In this document: positions 34,517-38,426 of the stretch, piece after piece
How positions within the stretch are numbered: the first letter of the stretch is position 1
Layout: each line of letters opens with the position of its first letter
Assembly (NCBI GenBank): GCA_017624395.1
Contig: JAGANE010000067.1
Coordinates: forward strand, 1-38,426
From: Clostridia bacterium
GTDB taxonomy: Bacteria > Bacillota > Clostridia > Oscillospirales > CAG-272
Reading direction: 5' to 3'
Length of the DNA stretch: 38,426 nt
Notes under the pieces: generated by a model
The model's input: the letters and a program-made list of their open reading frames with translations, nothing else
Database searches by the model: none
What the model was told of the DNA's origin: nothing
Made by a program: the position numbers and the translations under genes

Positions 34517-34559
34517 GGGAAGGGGAAAGCTTCTTTCAAAAAAGACTTTCTCCTTCCCC
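34517..34559 (-). terminator. Probable groEL terminator hairpin
   Basis: GGGAAGGGGAAAG...CTTTCTCCTTCCC imperfect inverted repeat. Confidence 0.55.
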
Positions 34560-34585
34560 ATAAATACAGGTACAGGTATTAATTA

Positions 34586-36527
<1,942 letters not shown>

Positions 36528-36582
36528 AGTTCAGAGTCCTCCTTACTTGTTTCTCTCGAAATATGATTTATTACTTCGAAAA

Positions 36583-36609
36583 TTAGCACTCAAAACGTTA
36601 GAGTGCTAA
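36583..36609. promoter_or_regulatory. CIRCE element (HrcA operator)
   Basis: Perfect TTAGCACTC-N9-GAGTGCTAA upstream of groES. Confidence 0.97.
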
Positions 36610-36802
36610 CTCATGCTATTATTTTAAACCTTTTTTTGGAAAAATCAAGCCCTTTTTTGCATTATTCACATTCTTTTAACAAATTTATTGTTTGACCATG
36701 GAGGACGGGTGCTAAAATTCGACACACTTTGATCAGGCATAGAAAAATCCTTGCTCTCATACAATAAACCGAGACGGATTTTTGGAGGAACGAGGTGCTT
36801 TT

Positions 36803-38122
36803 ATGCTCCAATGGCTTTTGACGGGAGGATTGATCCCTCCGCTTTTGATGGTCTGCGGTTTGTTTTTTGTGTTTTATCTTGGGTGTTTGCCCTTTCGGAG
36901 TCCAAAAAAAATGTGGCGGGCATTGCGGACCCCCGCTGCCGACGGTGGCGTTTCTCCCTTTCGGGCGGTGATGCTGGCGCTTGCGGGAACGCTTGGTGTT
37001 GGGAACATTGTTGGCGTGGCAAGTGCCATACGGATCGGCGGCGCGGGGGCTATTTTTTGGATGTGGGTCTCGGCATTGGTTGCCACCGTGCTGAAATATG
37101 CCGAGATCCTTTTGGCGGTGGCGCATCGCAGAGAGGGAAGCCATGGCTTTATTGGCGGTGCGTATTATTATATAAAGGATCATTTTTTGTCGCGCAATCG
37201 GTGGCGTGCCGCAACGTTGATTTCGGGAGTGTTTGCCGTTTTGATGATTGTCAACGCGCTTTCCATGGGCTGTGTGATTCAGGTCAACGCTGTGGCATCT
37301 GCGCTGGAAGGGGTATTGAAAATTCCGCCGTATCTTACGGGACTGATTCTTCTGTGCTTGATCTTGCCCGTGGCAATTCGCGGCACACGCGGGATCTCCT
37401 CCCTGACCGAGCTGTTGGTTCCCATTATGACGTTGGGTTACCTGATCCTTTCGGCGACGGTGCTGATTTTACGGCGTGAGGCAGTGGGAGATGCCTTTTT
37501 GTCCATCTTTCGTGGTGCTTTTTCTATGGAAAGCATGGGTGGCGGTCTTGTGGGCTTTTTGACCTCTCGCGCCCTCCGTGTCGGTACCATGCGCGGCTTG
37601 CTTTCCAATGAGGCGGGATGCGGAACCGCTCCCACGGCACACGCATCGGCGCACACAGTCAGTCCCTCGGCACAGGGCGTGTGGGGGATCTTTGAGGTTT
37701 TTGTGGATACCATTCTGCTTTGCACAGTGACCGCTCTTGTGATCCTTGTCGGCTTTCCCCATGCGGAGCTCTTTGAAAACGACGCCGTCATGACCGCGAT
37801 CCGTGCTTATTCTACAGTGCTGGGGGGATGGTCAGAGTGGTTTTTCTCTGCCGCGGTCTTTTGCTTTGGTTATGCAACGGTGCTGTGCTGGGCAAGCTAT
37901 GGCTTGGAGGCGCTTGCCTTCCTTTCACGCAAGCCGATCTGGCGCATTTTCTATTTTGCCGCTTTTGCCGCTTGTATTCCCGTGGGGGCAGTGGCTGCTC
38001 CCGATGGTATTTGGGGAATTTCCGATTTTGCCATTGCCGCCTTGACAGCGATCAATCTTTGCATCCTTTTTTCGATGCGTCGGGAGATTCGGCGGGAGAC
38101 GCTTGCCTATTTTGGAAAATAA
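36803..38122 (+). CDS. Sodium:alanine/glycine symporter family (AlsT/AgcS)
   Basis: GTLGVGNIVGVA, GGAGAIFWMW, SNEAGCGT, FVDTILLCT; start moved to ATG 36803. Confidence 0.92.
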   Translation: MLQWLLTGGLIPPLLMVCGLFFVFYLGCLPFRSPKKMWRALRTPAADGGVSPFRAVMLALAGTLGVGNIVGVASAIRIGGAGAIFWMWVSALVATVLKYAEILLAVAHRREGSHGFIGGAYYYIKDHFLSRNRWRAATLISGVFAVLMIVNALSMGCVIQVNAVASALEGVLKIPPYLTGLILLCLILPVAIRGTRGISSLTELLVPIMTLGYLILSATVLILRREAVGDAFLSIFRGAFSMESMGGGLVGFLTSRALRVGTMRGLLSNEAGCGTAPTAHASAHTVSPSAQGVWGIFEVFVDTILLCTVTALVILVGFPHAELFENDAVMTAIRAYSTVLGGWSEWFFSAAVFCFGYATVLCWASYGLEALAFLSRKPIWRIFYFAAFAACIPVGAVAAPDGIWGISDFAIAALTAINLCILFSMRREIRRETLAYFGK

Positions 38123-38155
38123 ACGCCGAGATATGATTTTTTTGTTGAAAAACTG

Positions 38156-38184
38156 TTGACAAAATGCAATATTTGTATTATAAT
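38156..38184 (+). promoter_or_regulatory. sigmaA promoter of gdhA
   Basis: TTGACA-N17-TATAAT. Confidence 0.85.
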
Positions 38185-38298
38185 AAATTCGTTTCATAGG
38201 CGTGTTTGGTTGAAAAACGAGATAAAAATGAGAAATTGTGAAATTTTCGACAATCAAACTTGCAGAAACGCCAGCCCAAAATCAGGAGGAACATACAT

Positions 38299-38426
38299 AT
38301 GAGTATCAAGAACGAATATCTTGCAAAGGTCATGCAGGACGTGATCAAGCGTAACCCGGGTGAAGCAGAATTCCACCAGACTGTCAGCGAAGTGCTGGAG
38401 TCCTTGGAGCCTGTGCTTGAAAAAAG
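38299..38426 (+). CDS. gdhA: Glutamate dehydrogenase, NADP-type (5' part only)
   Basis: MSIKNEYLAKVMQDVIKRNPGEAEFHQTVSEVLESLEPV; AGGAGG RBS; truncated by the window end. Confidence 0.85.
   Translation, partial: MSIKNEYLAKVMQDVIKRNPGEAEFHQTVSEVLESLEPVLEK

Overview
Chromosomal, mostly housekeeping window from a Clostridia-type (Bacillota) bacterium with roughly 50-55% GC (by eye) and many near-consensus sigmaA promoters. In order: partial mntP, tRNA-His/Arg/Gly, a putative catabolic cluster (esterase, FAD oxidoreductase, clan-D-like glycosidase, MFS transporter), a small membrane protein, an orphan ParC-like topoisomerase subunit, frameshifted sua5, prfA, M18 aminopeptidase, a degenerate lytic transglycosylase, coaE, a Gfo/Idh/MocA oxidoreductase, murB-whiA-dnaE-yjjG-M50 protease, an XRE membrane regulator, dgoK/eda, an acyltransferase, a GH3, tRNA-Ile2, a Cof HAD, a 287-bp MITE, an LRR lipoprotein, a hypothetical protein, nfnAB (nfnB has an in-frame TAG), a low-GC membrane gene, groEL/groES with CIRCE, alsT and the start of gdhA. 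No CRISPR, prophage or transposase was seen. Most notable: (1) a non-autonomous MITE (TIRs, 8-bp TSD) filled with REP-like covarying hairpins; (2) an amber codon in nfnB, 0 TAG stops among 31 complete genes and an RF1 His->Gln variant, most likely error or pseudogenisation but testable; (3) an uncharacterised glycosidase/oxidoreductase/transporter cluster; (4) a probable GH3 glycoside phosphorylase; (5) a probably inactive lytic transglycosylase. All family calls come from motif recognition, not database searches.
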